From positions 248,001 to 312,000 of the forward strand of contig VJWM01000196.1 of NCBI GenBank assembly GCA_010909165.1: a stretch of DNA of 64,000 bases. Reading direction: 5' to 3'. The notes under the pieces were generated by a model, which did no database searches, had not been told where the DNA came from, and saw only the letters and a program-made list of their open reading frames with translations. Below, piece by piece: positions 9,774 to 22,033 of the stretch; within the stretch, counting starts at the first letter, position 1, and each line of letters opens with the position of its first letter. The translations under genes and the position numbers were made by a program. The DNA comes from Anthoceros angustus (lineage: Eukaryota; Plantae; Anthocerotophyta).

Positions 9774-12020
9774 TTAACCTGTGGCGGCAGCTAATACCAC
9801 CGTACGTTGGTCTGCAGAAGCAACCCTTCCACTTTTTTGCAGGGCGGCCACCAGGCTGGCCTCTGCTGCGTCGTTGGGAGAAAGCCCCCTTCCCTTTAGC
9901 TCCTCGAACAGCTCCAGTGCTTTGGCGAGTTGATTGTGCTTCACAAGACCCACGATCATCACAGAGTATCCTACCACATCTGACTCTAACTTGTCCTTCA
10001 CAGCTTCGAAAACCTGCAGAGCCTGAGAGAACTTCTCCACCCTACAAAGCCCAGCGATGACAGTGCAGTGGGTGATGTTGTCTGCAGGTATTCCCTTCGA
10101 TAGCATTGCATGGTAGACATCCAGTACCTCCTCAATTTCCCCCTGCTTTGCAAGTCCGTCCAGGAGTGCATTGTAGGTGACAGTGTTAGGGCCTTGGCCC
10201 TTCCTCTCCATCTCATGGAACAGCCTGACGGCTTCACCTACACGGCCAGCCTTGCAGAGGCCATCAAGAACTGTGTTGAGGGTCACCAGGTTAGGAATCC
10301 ACCCTTCAACTTCCATTTCTTGCACAAGAGTAAAGCACTGTTGCAATCGTCCTGACCTTGCAAGCCCCCCAATGAGTGTGTTGTATACGATGACGTTCGG
10401 CTGCACTGCCTTGTACCTCATTTCCTCAAACAGCCAACAAGCTTCATCCACTCTGCCAGCCTTGAAAAAGGAATCGATAAGAGAGTTGAAGGAAATGACA
10501 TTAGCAGCAAGTCCCTGCGCTTCCATCTGGCCCAAAAGCCTCCGAGCTTTTTCGATCTGACCTGCCTTGCCTAGAGAGTCCATCATGATGTTGTATGTGA
10601 CCGCATCTGGAGTCACCTTTGCAGTAGACATTTCATCAAAAAGCTTGATCACTTCTTCAACATCATCTGACCTTCTGCAGGCATCCATTATGGAGTTGTA
10701 TGTAATAACATCTGGGACAAGACCCTGCTCCTTCATTGCTGTGAAAAGCTGCCTTGCTTTCACCAAATCACGGGCCCTGCCAAGCCCATCGATGACGGTA
10801 TTGAACGCCACAACGTCTGGGGGAGCGTCTTCAGAGGCTTGCATCTTTTCAAATAGGTCATAACCCACGTCCACTTTCCCTGCCTTCATCAAGCCACTTA
10901 TGAGAGTGTTGTACAACAGGCGATCGGGCTTAACATGGCCTTCCTCCTCCATTTCCTTGAATATTCCATATGCCTCCTCAAACTGTGATACAGTTGCTGC
11001 GGCACGAACGAGGGCAGAATACGTCACAGCGTTAGGGATAATCCCTTGTTCTATCATGCCTTTGAACAAGTTACGGGCTTCAACAAACCGTCCAGACTTG
11101 CCAAGACTTGCGATGAGACTTGTGTGAGTGTAGGTGTCAGGCTTATGGCCTGCCTGAAGCATTTCCTGGAATATCATCTGCGCACCTGTGTCATCACCAC
11201 CTCGTACTAGTATGGCAATGAGACAGTTGTAGCACACAACATCAGGTTTGCAACCAGCTTCCTTCATTCTCCGAAAAACAAACAAGGCAGCTCCAGGCTT
11301 CTTTGCTCGCCCATATGCTTGGATGGCTATAGTGAATGCTACCACATCTACTTTGCAACCTGCTTGTTGAGCTTCATCCAGGACCTGTTCCATCTCTTCG
11401 AAGCGTTGGGCCTCTCCAAGCATTTTGATCATAAAATTGTAGGTAGCCCAGTTATACTTAAAACCACTTTGCCTTCCCAGCCATCTGAAAAAGCTGTGGG
11501 CCCGACTGATGTCGACCTTCAGCTGCCTGAGCACCTCACGGATCTGGTAAGGCTTCAACCTCAACTGTAACTTGGTCAGGTCCTTTTCTGTCGAGGGTCC
11601 CCAGCTATCAAGCCGACAAACCACATTAACCACACTTGATATCTTGGTGTCCAAATTTTGCAGTGGAATCCCTACGCCCTGGATAGCACCTTCGACGGCG
11701 CTGCCGGTTGAAGCTTCTGAGGTTGCATTCACTTGAGTCTTCTGCTTCTGCTTTTGCTTCCGGGATGTGATAGAGTAGCACCTCACAAACGACAAGCCCC
11801 CAGATGATGGCCTAAAGGCAAACAAATCCTGTAGAGATAACAGGCAAGGAAAAATCTGTTTCAACTGGGAAATGGGAGGAGTCGATGACAGAATGCGAAG
11901 CACAATCAAAAGTACCTGACAATTTGCTGAAGGGCACTCAACACCACCGAGGCGTGCCACCTCGTGAGCACAGTAAACACGCCAGCATGACCTGAGTCCA
12001 GATAGACTGAAGCCTCTCAT
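9774..12020 (-). CDS. P-class pentatricopeptide repeat protein, probably organelle-targeted; likely exons 12020-11916 and 11828-9774
   Basis: About 16 tandem 35-aa PPR motifs (PDVVxYNxLIxGL...EMxxxG) and no E/DYW domain. First in-frame ATG at 12020 gives an Arg/Ser-rich presequence. Candidate 87-nt GT-AG intron at 11829-11915. Confidence 0.92.
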   Translation of the reverse strand: MRGFSLSGLRSCWRVYCAHEVARLGGVECPSANCQVLLIVLRILSSTPPISQLKQIFPCLLSLQDLFAFRPSSGGLSFVRCYSITSRKQKQKQKTQVNATSEASTGSAVEGAIQGVGIPLQNLDTKISSVVNVVCRLDSWGPSTEKDLTKLQLRLKPYQIREVLRQLKVDISRAHSFFRWLGRQSGFKYNWATYNFMIKMLGEAQRFEEMEQVLDEAQQAGCKVDVVAFTIAIQAYGRAKKPGAALFVFRRMKEAGCKPDVVCYNCLIAILVRGGDDTGAQMIFQEMLQAGHKPDTYTHTSLIASLGKSGRFVEARNLFKGMIEQGIIPNAVTYSALVRAAATVSQFEEAYGIFKEMEEEGHVKPDRLLYNTLISGLMKAGKVDVGYDLFEKMQASEDAPPDVVAFNTVIDGLGRARDLVKARQLFTAMKEQGLVPDVITYNSIMDACRRSDDVEEVIKLFDEMSTAKVTPDAVTYNIMMDSLGKAGQIEKARRLLGQMEAQGLAANVISFNSLIDSFFKAGRVDEACWLFEEMRYKAVQPNVIVYNTLIGGLARSGRLQQCFTLVQEMEVEGWIPNLVTLNTVLDGLCKAGRVGEAVRLFHEMERKGQGPNTVTYNALLDGLAKQGEIEEVLDVYHAMLSKGIPADNITHCTVIAGLCRVEKFSQALQVFEAVKDKLESDVVGYSVMIVGLVKHNQLAKALELFEELKGRGLSPNDAAEASLVAALQKSGRVASADQRTVVLAAATG

Positions 12021-12743
12021 GCTGCAACTCAGACTTGCCGCACCCTGAATGTCAGAGCGAGGCAGTCGGGTCCCCGTTCGGCAGATTTGCAAACGGTCTC
12101 TCTTCCATCCTCTGCACCGGAGCACATCAACAAGCCAAAACTGGTTTGTAGCTCAGACCGGAAACCTGCAGACGCGTCGTGCTTTGTTGTTCTGCACAGC
12201 GTGTGTAATTTCGAATTACACAGCGCATGCATCCTCGGAGCTCTGACCTTTAAAAGGCTTTAATAATCCGTTGGTTCCTTCGATTGTTTGCGGCTGATAC
12301 CAGCTGGTCGGAAGCCAAAGTGCAGAACACAATGCGATGCTGATTGGCCTGCCCACATATCCACACCTCACGACATTGTTCTGCCAGCAGCTGTACAACC
12401 AAGGTCCATGGACAAAGATCATTCGGTGCTACATAATTGTGTTCGGGGAAATGCATCGTTTGGATAGGGCAAATGTAATTCGTCAGTACAAACAACATTG
12501 TAGAGATGGCGACTCTTTAGGGCCCCAACAAGGGATAAATGTACAAAATGTTCGGCGTCCGAAAGTCGGCGCAAAAGGTAACCCCAGAACAACTCGTCAC
12601 AACTTGAGATGGTTCTGAACTCCAGTCAGGAATCATCAAATCACTCACGCTTTCCATGTTCGTAGGGGAGGGGCGGGAGGAGGGGCAGGCACCAGATCAT
12701 GTGCCACAAATTTGAGTGGGACCAGGATTTCTCTCAGAATTCT

Positions 12744-14854
12744 TCACAGCTCTAAGTTAGACTCCTCCTTGGTGGCTGTAAGCTCCTGAGAACTAACCGA
12801 AGCGTAAGGCACGCCAGCAACTATCTTCTCGGCCCCGTTTTGCCTGTTTTGAGTGTAGCAGACCACAGAGATGAGGGCCACTAATATGGTTAGCCCCACC
12901 AGCCAAGAGGCCTTCCAACTTTCTATCCAACGCCCTCGCTGCTTGTGCGACAGCCCAGAGAAAATTTGCACCATGTCATGCACCTCTCCATCATGATTAC
13001 CCACGTACGAGACGGTGAGAACTTCCCTTGTGGCATGCAGCGTGGCATAACCGAGTTGGTCACCTCGAAACATTGACCAGCTGGGTTGAGGGTATATGGG
13101 AAACTCTGGATGATCTTCCCTTGGCCTCCATCTTGACTGCCAGTCTTGTCCTCCCATCCCAACGACCAAGTGCACTGGGGCCTGGAGACTGGAGTTTAGC
13201 ATCTCCGAGTTGACACAGCTAAACTGCTGCAAAGGGCAGGACCTTTCGTACTTGTGAACATGACCCCAGAAGGCCAGACTCACATTGTGCTGTATCAAGA
13301 GAGGTTCAATATGCTCCAGCATTCTCTCCCTCAATTTCTCTTCGGGAGAAAAATAGTCGGTTGTGTACATGGGACGATGGCCCATGAGTACTATAAACGG
13401 CGTCTTCACTCTGTCCACCCTTGCTAGGTCATCGGCAATGAAGGCAAACTGCTCACTCCCAGGAAGGAAATCCGTCTCAGTCGACATGTACAGGAAGTGA
13501 ACCACTCCAAAAGAATGAGAGAAGAAGAGATTCCGAGTTGGAGGAGCAGAAGTCCCTGTAGACAAGGAAGAGTTCCCAGGCATTTGGAACCTTAAGCTGT
13601 AAGGTACTCCACACTCACCACCTCCATCTTTGCCATATATATCAGAAGCCCAATCGGGCTTCCAAGGTTGACTGGGCCAATCATACTCGTGATTCCCAAT
13701 ACACACGTGATATGGAGCTTGAGCAGCAATGGGCTGGATTCGATGGAAGAATTCGTCCCAAACCCAAGCATAGCCTCTTGCATAGCTTATGTCTCCTATG
13801 TGGGCCACCAAGACAGGCTTATCACCCAGACCAGCAAGCTCTTGCTTCAAAAAATTGAGTGTGTTCTCACTCTCTGCTGCCCACCAGCGATACGTCATAT
13901 AAGGTGCTACAGTCCCCAAGTCTCCAAATATAAGAGCCCGTGTCTCCTGTGGATCGACTTCAGGAGCCACGTAGCTGAACACTGCACTCCATCCATGCTT
14001 TTCGCTTCCAACCTTGCAAAAAGTAAGAACATGCAATTGAAAAAGTTAGCAAATTCGAGTCGGAAGTCTTTGGCCATGTACAAAAAGAAGTTGTCTGGAA
14101 CCGCTAGGAAACAGCTTCTGGGAACCACGGACTATACCTGATAGTAGTACCTCTTTCCACTTTGCAGATTGTCCATTACAGCATTGTGCAAGTAGCCCGG
14201 ATCCCTCCATCCCTCGGAGGTGTTTGCCGGCTTGTCGCACATATCCTTCTGAAAGTAGGTTGTATGCTCCGTTTCCCTGACTTTATCTAGTTTGTTTCTG
14301 TCCAATCCAAACCTCACATAGGAATCAACAGCCAAACCTGTAACAAACATGACCCTCATTTCCCCTACTTGCTTGGAAGTTAAGGAGAGGTGCACTTGAG
14401 TAGGCTCGTTATAATTCTTGAAACTTACATCCACACTCGTCGCCAGCCGATTTTCGGTGGTCGGAAGCGGGTCCTTCTCCGCGTTCAATCTCACTCGAGA
14501 ATGTCTGGTCACCACGATCTTCCTCCCTCTAAACAACCGAAACTGATAGGGCCCCCGCATACTCACGAGGGGCAAGCTTGTGGAGCCGGCCCCTGTGGAC
14601 CAGCTTCCACTGGAGTTGAGCAACACATACCCTATGAAATTCTCGTCATCTGATTCAGGCGGAGTGTAGATGCCGAGCCAGTCATACTCTGAAGGTGTTT
14701 CCACACCCGACCAAGAAATATTAACAGAATCCCCAGAGCTCTCTACAATGGGAGGGTCCACAGTGACTGTGACCTCCGCTGCGTCAGCCAGACTCTCCTT
14801 GATGATGATGATGATGAGGAGGAAAATGAGAAACTCTGCGACACCAGACGCCAT
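12744..14854 (-). CDS. Purple acid phosphatase, PAP2/PAP9 type with C-terminal membrane anchor; exons 14854-14138 and 14012-12744, about 661 aa
   Basis: Signal peptide; N-terminal Ig/FN3-like region (DWLGIYTP, PTQVHLSLT); metallophosphoesterase motifs GDLG, GDISY, GNHE, GHRPMY and GHVH; hydrophobic C-terminal helix; in-frame splice. Confidence 0.93.
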
Positions 14855-15815
14855 TCCTGAAACAAGAGATGTTCATGCTTGAGTCACAACATCCAACAGG
14901 CTGCAGAACTGTCCCCCCGTTGCATCCAACACCACAGACAAGAGTAAGCTTTCCAGCATTCTAGCTGACGAAGAGGTGCATACTTAGGGACGAATTTCTT
15001 CAGCAAAACAAACAAGCATCAGCCATGGCTCTCTCCATCAGAACAAGAACCGAGGCCTTCCCTACACGACCTTAAGAGCAGTCCCGCAAGGAGGCAGAGA
15101 CGTATCGGATCAGTCATGAGGTTCTCACAAGAGGTGGACGAATCTCCTGTAAGAACCTCGTGTCGATCCCGTAGAATATGCTGCCGGGGTTCTCAACCCC
15201 TAGATTACTATCATGATCGAATGGAAAGCAGCAAGCATGAAAACAAATGGCGCGAGCAGTCTCTGCCGTAGCGTGCGGCCGCAGGACCGACACCTGCACC
15301 TCCTGCCGCCATCTACATGGCATCTACAGGAATCGCGAGCCGTACATTCAGCAGCGTCCTCTTCGAATTAGACCCCACTCACATTCAACCATCCAGGCAT
15401 GCAGCAGTTCTGAGCTGAGATGATTGCCGAGTTGTCACTCACTGGGGCGAATGAGAAGCGCCGGCCGGAGCCGAACAGCGGCGCCCTCGTCGGGCCGCTG
15501 CCCCGCAGCCGTTGCCGTGGTCGAGATCCGCATCGCATCCGAGCTGCCTGCGGTAATCAGGACATGACAAATTGAACGAGACAGTCAGCACATGCACTAT
15601 CCTCCTCCACGAATCGGGTGGTGCTGTTGCCGATTCGCCGATCCGGATACGCCGCTGTGCTGTCCCCAGGGATGCAGGCACGCGAGCCTGAACTGCTGGT
15701 TCATCAGCCATTCACCGGAGCTACGACTCTAACTTTAACTTACACAAGTCGTCGCATTTGGACTCGCTCGCATCTACCCGTCACCGTCCAGCGGTCGTGA
15801 CTCGGCATGGCCACG

Positions 15816-15824
15816 AAACCCTAA
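15816..15824. promoter_or_regulatory. Telo-box (AAACCCTAA) upstream of the purple acid phosphatase gene
   Basis: Exact motif present about 1 kb upstream of the PAP ATG, near a plausible 5' end given splice-like signals in the leader. Function is inferred. Confidence 0.35.
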
Positions 15825-16176
15825 ACCTCGCGGACTGAAGAAGAAGGAGTAGACACACGACACAGCGCAAGGAGAGCCGGAAGTCCTTCGATTTTGTCAT
15901 GAATTTCAGCACACCACCGGTTCTCGGCGATTGATCAAGTGAGTGTACGCTGGCAATCTATGCACAATCGGGCGGGGACTACGAAGCAGTCTTTGTGTCG
16001 ATCTTCCTGTGGTTGCTGGTGTGGATGGAGGCCGGTAGGACCTAGGGTGAACAATTTTATACATACATGCAGTCACTTGTTTTCACGTTTCATTTGTGAC
16101 GATGTGACGGAGATCACAGGAAGCGAGGTGAGGACGATAACGATGCCGGAAGATGAAGGAGGAGGAGGAGTGGGGG

Positions 16177-17838
16177 TTAAGAGGAGGAGCGTAGATGCCT
16201 GGGAATATTGACTGGAATGTCGTCAGGATCCCTCTCCCTCTGCCTCCATCGCTGCTTACCATGGTCATACACGAGCCCCTTGTTCTTCTCCTGCCACCAG
16301 AATCCCGGCACGCGGTACCTGCTGTGCAAGATGTCATCGTACTTGTTGAGCAGGGCAACATCTCTGCTGGTGTGCAGGTAGAAGTTTCCGAACGGCTCGG
16401 CCCGGCTCTTGAAGGCATCCAGCAAATGCAGGTACAACTCCATGCTGTGGTTGCTCACCAGGTCGCTCTTGCTCTGGTCCAGGCAGGTGGAATGGGTGCT
16501 GTCCACCCGCAGCTCCTTCCCGACATGCGAGTATGTCCAGGGGAGCCAGTCCAGGAAGTCAGTCAGCCAGGGCACCTTCTCGTTGGTGAAGAAGCCAGGG
16601 AAGCTGGGAACGGAGTCCGTGGCATTCACCACCCGCAGCACCTTCACCTTCAACTCCGTCTCCAGGCGGTGCCGGAAGGCGTCGTTCCCGACCCGGGGAG
16701 CCGCGAAGTTGAAGACGGTGACGGGGAGTGTGGCTGTGGCTGCGCGGGAGCGCTGCCTGTTGAGCCCCGCGGCGGCGATGTCGTAGGCGCAGAGCAGAGC
16801 CCAGGCCCCTCCGAGACTATGCCCGGTGACGGTGACGCTGAGCTCCTCATCCCCGTGCAAGGTAACAAGCCTCTCCACCTCCTGCAGCACCTGCTCCTGC
16901 GCGCTCTGCTTGTTGTAGCGGGTATTAGGGTTTCTAGAGGTGTACATGTGCCAGAAGCCCATCTCCACCTTCACGTCCAGGCGGACGGGGAGCGTGTTCC
17001 CGGAGATAGGGCCCCTGAGTTGCACGCCGTGGCCGGTCGGGTCGGGCTGCATCGGGGTGAGGTAGTCCCGCACGTTCTCCTTCCACTCCAACGCGGTGAC
17101 AGTCCCCCGCCACGCCACCAGAATATCCCGCCTCCCCTGCCTCCCGATCTCCCCCTCCGCCGAGCAGACAGCCACGAACCCCACCCAGTTGGAATCCTTG
17201 CTCCACGCATCCTCCGCCACATCCGGCCTGCGGAAGAAGGCCGGGAGGTGCAGATCCTGCGCCGTGGCGTAGATGTACTTGGTGACCCGGTACCCCGAGT
17301 TGGGCAGCCCCACCGCCTCCAGGAGCTTGTCCTGGTCGAACTTGCAGCTCCCGCAGTAGCGCGACGTGATGTCGGAGTCGAAGGCGTCGTACGTGGCCTG
17401 CGCCATCTCCCCGTAGCGCACAAGCTCGGCGCGCAGGTCCGCGTCCAGCGGGTCCAGCATGCCCTCCCAGTCCCCTCCCCTGGATCTCCCTCCACCTCTC
17501 CGCGATGCGTGCGCGCGGCGCCGGCCGCCTCACCCGCCCATCGCCCTCCCGAGCGGCGGCTTCAAGCTCACGCTCCCAAGCCCGTCCCCAGCCCAGCTCC
17601 CGCCCCGCCGCCCCCAGTCGGAGCCCCGCAGCTGCATCTCCCTCCTGCTAGCCGGCTCCAGATCGGGATTCGCCGTGGCCCAGGTGCGCGCCACGGACCC
17701 GCTGCCCTGCGTGCGGGCGCGAAATGACACGGCGACTCTGGCATTACGACCAGCGGCCGCACTGCTCCTGCTACAGGCATTCTCCGCCCCCGCCGGGCTC
17801 CTCACACACGCAAGCTCGCGCACGACGGTGGCTGCCAT
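16177..17838 (-). CDS. DAD1-like chloroplast phospholipase A1 (PLA1-I, lipase class 3), intronless, with two apparent frameshifts in the 5' part
   Basis: Motifs WREIQG..DWEGMLDPLD, RYGEMAQATYDAFD, SNWVGFVAV, AWRGT, GHSLGGA, APRVGN, and HSMELYLHLLD. Transit-peptide-like MAATVVRELAC begins at ATG 17838. Frame breaks near 17535 and 17475. Confidence 0.9.
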
Positions 17839-20352
17839 CCCGCACGCTCCACCTCCACCCCCCGCACCCACCACAACATGCACACCGCGCCCGTAGTAGT
17901 TGCTACGTGCACAACACAACTGCTAGAGGCGGAAGATGAAGTGGTGAGCGAGCCCGAGTGTTGATTGGGCAAGGTCGGGAGCGTCCGAGTGTCCGAGGAC
18001 CGGGCTCTCACAACTGCATCTGCAGCGAGGCGATCGGGCATTAAAAGAAGCACGCATCTTCCCGACCCCGGTTCCACGACGCTGCGCGCAACCATACAGG
18101 AGATTCAGGACTCCGGAGTTCTGAAGGAGACCGCTTCCGACTTTCTTGTCGCTTGGAGTCAAAGGCATGGGCGGTCGGACGACTACACACACTAACAGCG
18201 CACTCCTCTCCCCATTTAGAAACGACTTCCATGTGTGCTTTGTTTGCACTCAAACCAACACGGACCTGCCTATAGGTATTTAGGAATTACAGGCCGACAA
18301 CGTGCTCATTCAACTGCACAGATTCCTATTATCTACATTTTCGCTCCCGCATCTGGCCCCTCGCTCCACACAAACGGAAGATATGTAATCGGCTCTATAC
18401 ACATGCATGCACCTATTGCATTCTATTCACATTCAACCACCCTATTTATTTTTTGTATATTATTATTATTATTAGATTTTATTTCATTATTGGCTATGCC
18501 CCTCTGGAGGGCATAACCCTTGCATCGCTCCCAAGTTTTGGAGTCAAACGATAGCGTTGTCTTTTTGGGTGTACGAATACGTATTTAGTTCATGCTCCAA
18601 AGGCTGTTATGTGGGAACCTTGTTTCTTGAATTTTGTTATCTTTGTCGGTGATTATCTGGGAGATTAGAAAATTCGGGTTGTAAGATAGTAGGGCGGTGG
18701 CGAACCGCCCTACTATGCGGGCGATGCTCAGCCGAACGGAGGAGATGAAGTCCGGACGGAATGGAAGACTCTAGGCATGCACACCTATTTTCCAATATGG
18801 ACTGGGCCCAGGCGCTCGAGCACTCGGAGGTAAGTGGACTCAAGCGAAGAAGTCCTGGACCCAAGCACAAAGGCCGGAAGACGTACTGGCTTCGAAGAGG
18901 ACGATCCATCAATCAAAGAGGCAGTGCATGCCGTTCTGGCCTGGATATTTCAGGCCTAAAATTGCTTGAACAGCCTAGATATTGTAGGCCTGAAATTGCA
19001 TGAACGGCTTGGATATTTCAAGCTTGAAAATTTGGGCAATCAGGCCTGGAGCTATCAGGCTTGGATTATCTAGGGCTTTAAGGCCATAGGGGCTGGTTTT
19101 CATTTTGACCTGGGTCAATCCTTAACCATGTTGTTGTTGTTGTGCAGGGTTTATCTACCCGGACTCTCCCAGATTTTTGCCCATGAAGGACCGGGTGAAT
19201 TTTACCATCCAATGGCTTTGCAATCCTCTCATTTGTGTATTTTGATATCAGACCGAAGCCATCGTGGTTCATGTGGAACAATGCATCAGGCAGACGATTT
19301 CTGATCCTTGGTCATTTAAGGCCATTGTGTTGCAATTTTTTGGCTCTAATTTGAAGCATTGGCGTCCAATGTCAGGAAGGAGGCCCAGAAGTTTTTGGAA
19401 GATCAGAAGAGAAATCCCAGCTATGTTCTAAAGAGTGTGAAGCTGGAGCATTGCGAGGTGTTCTTGAGGGAAGAGTAGTTCAGCTCATCGAACTATGTGC
19501 CAAGTGGACAGTTCTAGCAATCCACTCTCCTTTTGCTACGTTGACATTTGAACTCTATAATGAACTTGGAGTTTATATTCGAAGTGTATCTTAGGAAATG
19601 GTATTAACAACCCATCACGAAGACGTCTTACTTGGGTCTTAATATTGTCTCTTGTGTGTTTCTTCTTCTCGAGGTTTATCAAGGCGTGTGCTTCTGGCAA
19701 CGAGTATCCATCGCCTTGAAGAGAGCATTGGCAAACACAATTTTCAGGATAGCTTCGAACATTGGGAACTCTTCGGCTCCTGTGCAAGTAGGCCCTTCCT
19801 TATTTCACACTATGACATCTTGGAAGCGGTGGGTAGCTTTAGGGTAGACAATCGGGGTGCTAGTCCCCTTGGCCTCAACCCGCTAGCATCGCCACGGTGT
19901 AAAGGGTGTGAATGGGACTTTGGACTTCCCATCTCCGTAAAGGGTGTAAATGGGACTTTAGAACTTCCCATCTCCTATTTCCGTTTTCTCTTATTTTTCC
20001 GTTGGTGGAAAATCTCTAAGTGATTGAAGAATTAACATAGATGATCATAGGGTATGGATGTTCAAGCCAACAATTTAATGACACCGCCGTGGGCAAGTCT
20101 CTAACTTTGTGAATGTTTGATTTGCGAAGGTCATTTGTGGAGGTCTGATAATTTACGGTTGCCACGGTCGTGCGGTACGACGGGTGGCAAGCCTTGATGC
20201 CTTCCGGTGTGAGTGGGAATGCAATCCAGATGATATGGACGGGGACCGACAGCTCTACCGCATTGCCGTTCTTTTCCCAGGCACCGTCCGAATCACCGGC
20301 CGGTGCAGAGAGGTGGTTTGAGGGACAGACTCCGTGGGTGTCATGTCATGGA

Positions 20353-21755
20353 CTATCTGAGCCATGGAAGGCCATATGTGAGGCATTCCTTGTACGAAGG
20401 CGGGCCAGGTATGTCAACTATTGGTCCCAGCACGATTCTCCACAAATCCAGGACTATGGTGACTAGCATTGCAGCCCCCAGTGAGTCGATGGCTACCTGT
20501 GGTAGGCTCCAGGGTCTGCTTGCTTCTTCATCCACTCTGCTCCCAACCCCATCCTTGCACAATTACTGGTGGAAACAAAACCGGCTGGCAAGCAGCCATG
20601 ATTGGGCGGGCGAAGGAGGTTACATACCGTATGAACATGGGGAAGCTGACGAAGAAGTATATGGCGTAAAACAGGGATCCCACGGTGTAAAACACCGGCC
20701 TGTCCACGATGTCGTAGTAAGGAAACTGAGCAGCCAAGAGAGTGTAAGAGGAGGTGGATGAGGCCAGCAGGGGAACAACAAAGGAAGCGGAGATGGGTGC
20801 ACCACAGACCATGGCTGCCACATGCCCTTACGTTGGAAATTGTGACAGCCTCTGTCAGGGCAGTGAGGTAGGACAGCAGGAACACCCACGCTGCTTGCAA
20901 AATCCACCGAATCAGGCGGCTTGGAACGCCCTTGATGGCATGGCGGAGACGCCTGAAGGTGATGTTGGAGATTGCGTGGTACAGCAGGAAATAGCAATGG
21001 GTGAGGAAGAAGGTTGTGAGGGGAACCTGCCAACAAGGAGTGATTCAGTCTGCAAGCCCAAGACCGTTGTGAGAGTGACAAGGGCTGTTTGTTCTGAGGA
21101 GCACACAACTCACGTGATTGAGGTTCCAGGAGGGGAAGGTGTAGGTCGCTCCCAAGACAGTGTAGAAGTAGTGCGTCCAGAAGTAGTTCCCTACGAAACC
21201 AAAAATGAACACCCACAAGTTTGCCTGCAGGTTATAGGAGTTGCTTGCCGTCAGTGACACAACCTTGACACACAAAGTACATGCTCTGCACATGCGGGAA
21301 AAGGCCTTCTTCTGACCTTCACCCAAAACCGGTCGAGCAAAGGCCTGCTCCTGTCAGCCTTCCCGACGATGAACAAGGGAGCAACCAAGCAGGGCAGCGC
21401 GGACACCAGTCCCAGCAGCAGATACTCCAGCTCTCCAAACCTCTGTTTTCGTCAAGCAGCAGTCACAGGGGCCAGTCATTCATAAAACAACCTGTGCAAT
21501 GCCATGTCCTGGTGTAGCAGGAGCCATCCCATCAGCCCTGTACCGGCAGCCAGGCACATGCAGCATGCGTTAGGTTACACAGGCCCAGTGAGAATAGAGA
21601 ACCTCGTAAAGCTTGAAGGGCACCACGATGCCCAGGCACAGAACGATCCAGAAGGGACTGTACGCCAGGAAGAAAAGCTCCCCCCATCTCTTGCTGGGCG
21701 TGGGGGCCAGCCACAAGCTCTGCCCCTTCTCCGCCTTCGTCCTCTTCGCTGCCAT
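20353..21755 (-). CDS. CPI1: Cycloeucalenol cycloisomerase (cyclopropyl sterol isomerase), 6 exons
   Basis: Motifs SLWLAPTPSKRWGELFFL, KANLWVFIFGFVGNYFWTHYF, FYAIYFFVSFPMF and DSLGAAMLVTIVLDLWR. Exons 21755-21603, 21442-21317, 21224-21114, 21026-20832, 20725-20628 and 20536-20353 with GT-AG introns. Confidence 0.95.
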
Positions 21756-22033
21756 GCTGTGCTGTCTCCGGCTCGGGTCTTGCCAAAACTAGCACTCGGA
21801 GCTCGGCTTATGTGCGAGTGGAAGGAACAGTTTTGCAAGTCCCTCCGCTTGTCCTGAGCAGATGAGGAATCTCTCTCTTTTGAAAACGGGGTAGCGACCG
21901 CGGTTGCAAGACAGCGCGCGGGCGCGGGCGGGGGCGGTCAAGGTCGAGCATCGATCAGACTCAGCCGGGACAGCACAGGTGCGCAGCCGCAGCGGCAGCG
22001 GCAGGGCGGGGCTGAGCGCGGGGGCCAGGCGCC
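21756..22033. promoter_or_regulatory. Probable bidirectional promoter shared by CPI1 and OEP80
   Basis: Only 278 bp of GC-rich sequence separates the two divergent start codons. Confidence 0.6.

Noticed and set aside
15439-15711. 90-aa ATG-initiated ORF upstream of the purple acid phosphatase
   Set aside because: No recognisable homology; could be a uORF but cannot be supported without transcript data.
16195-17727. 510-aa antisense ORF over PLA1
   Set aside because: Shadow frame expected opposite a gene with high third-position GC; no domain features.
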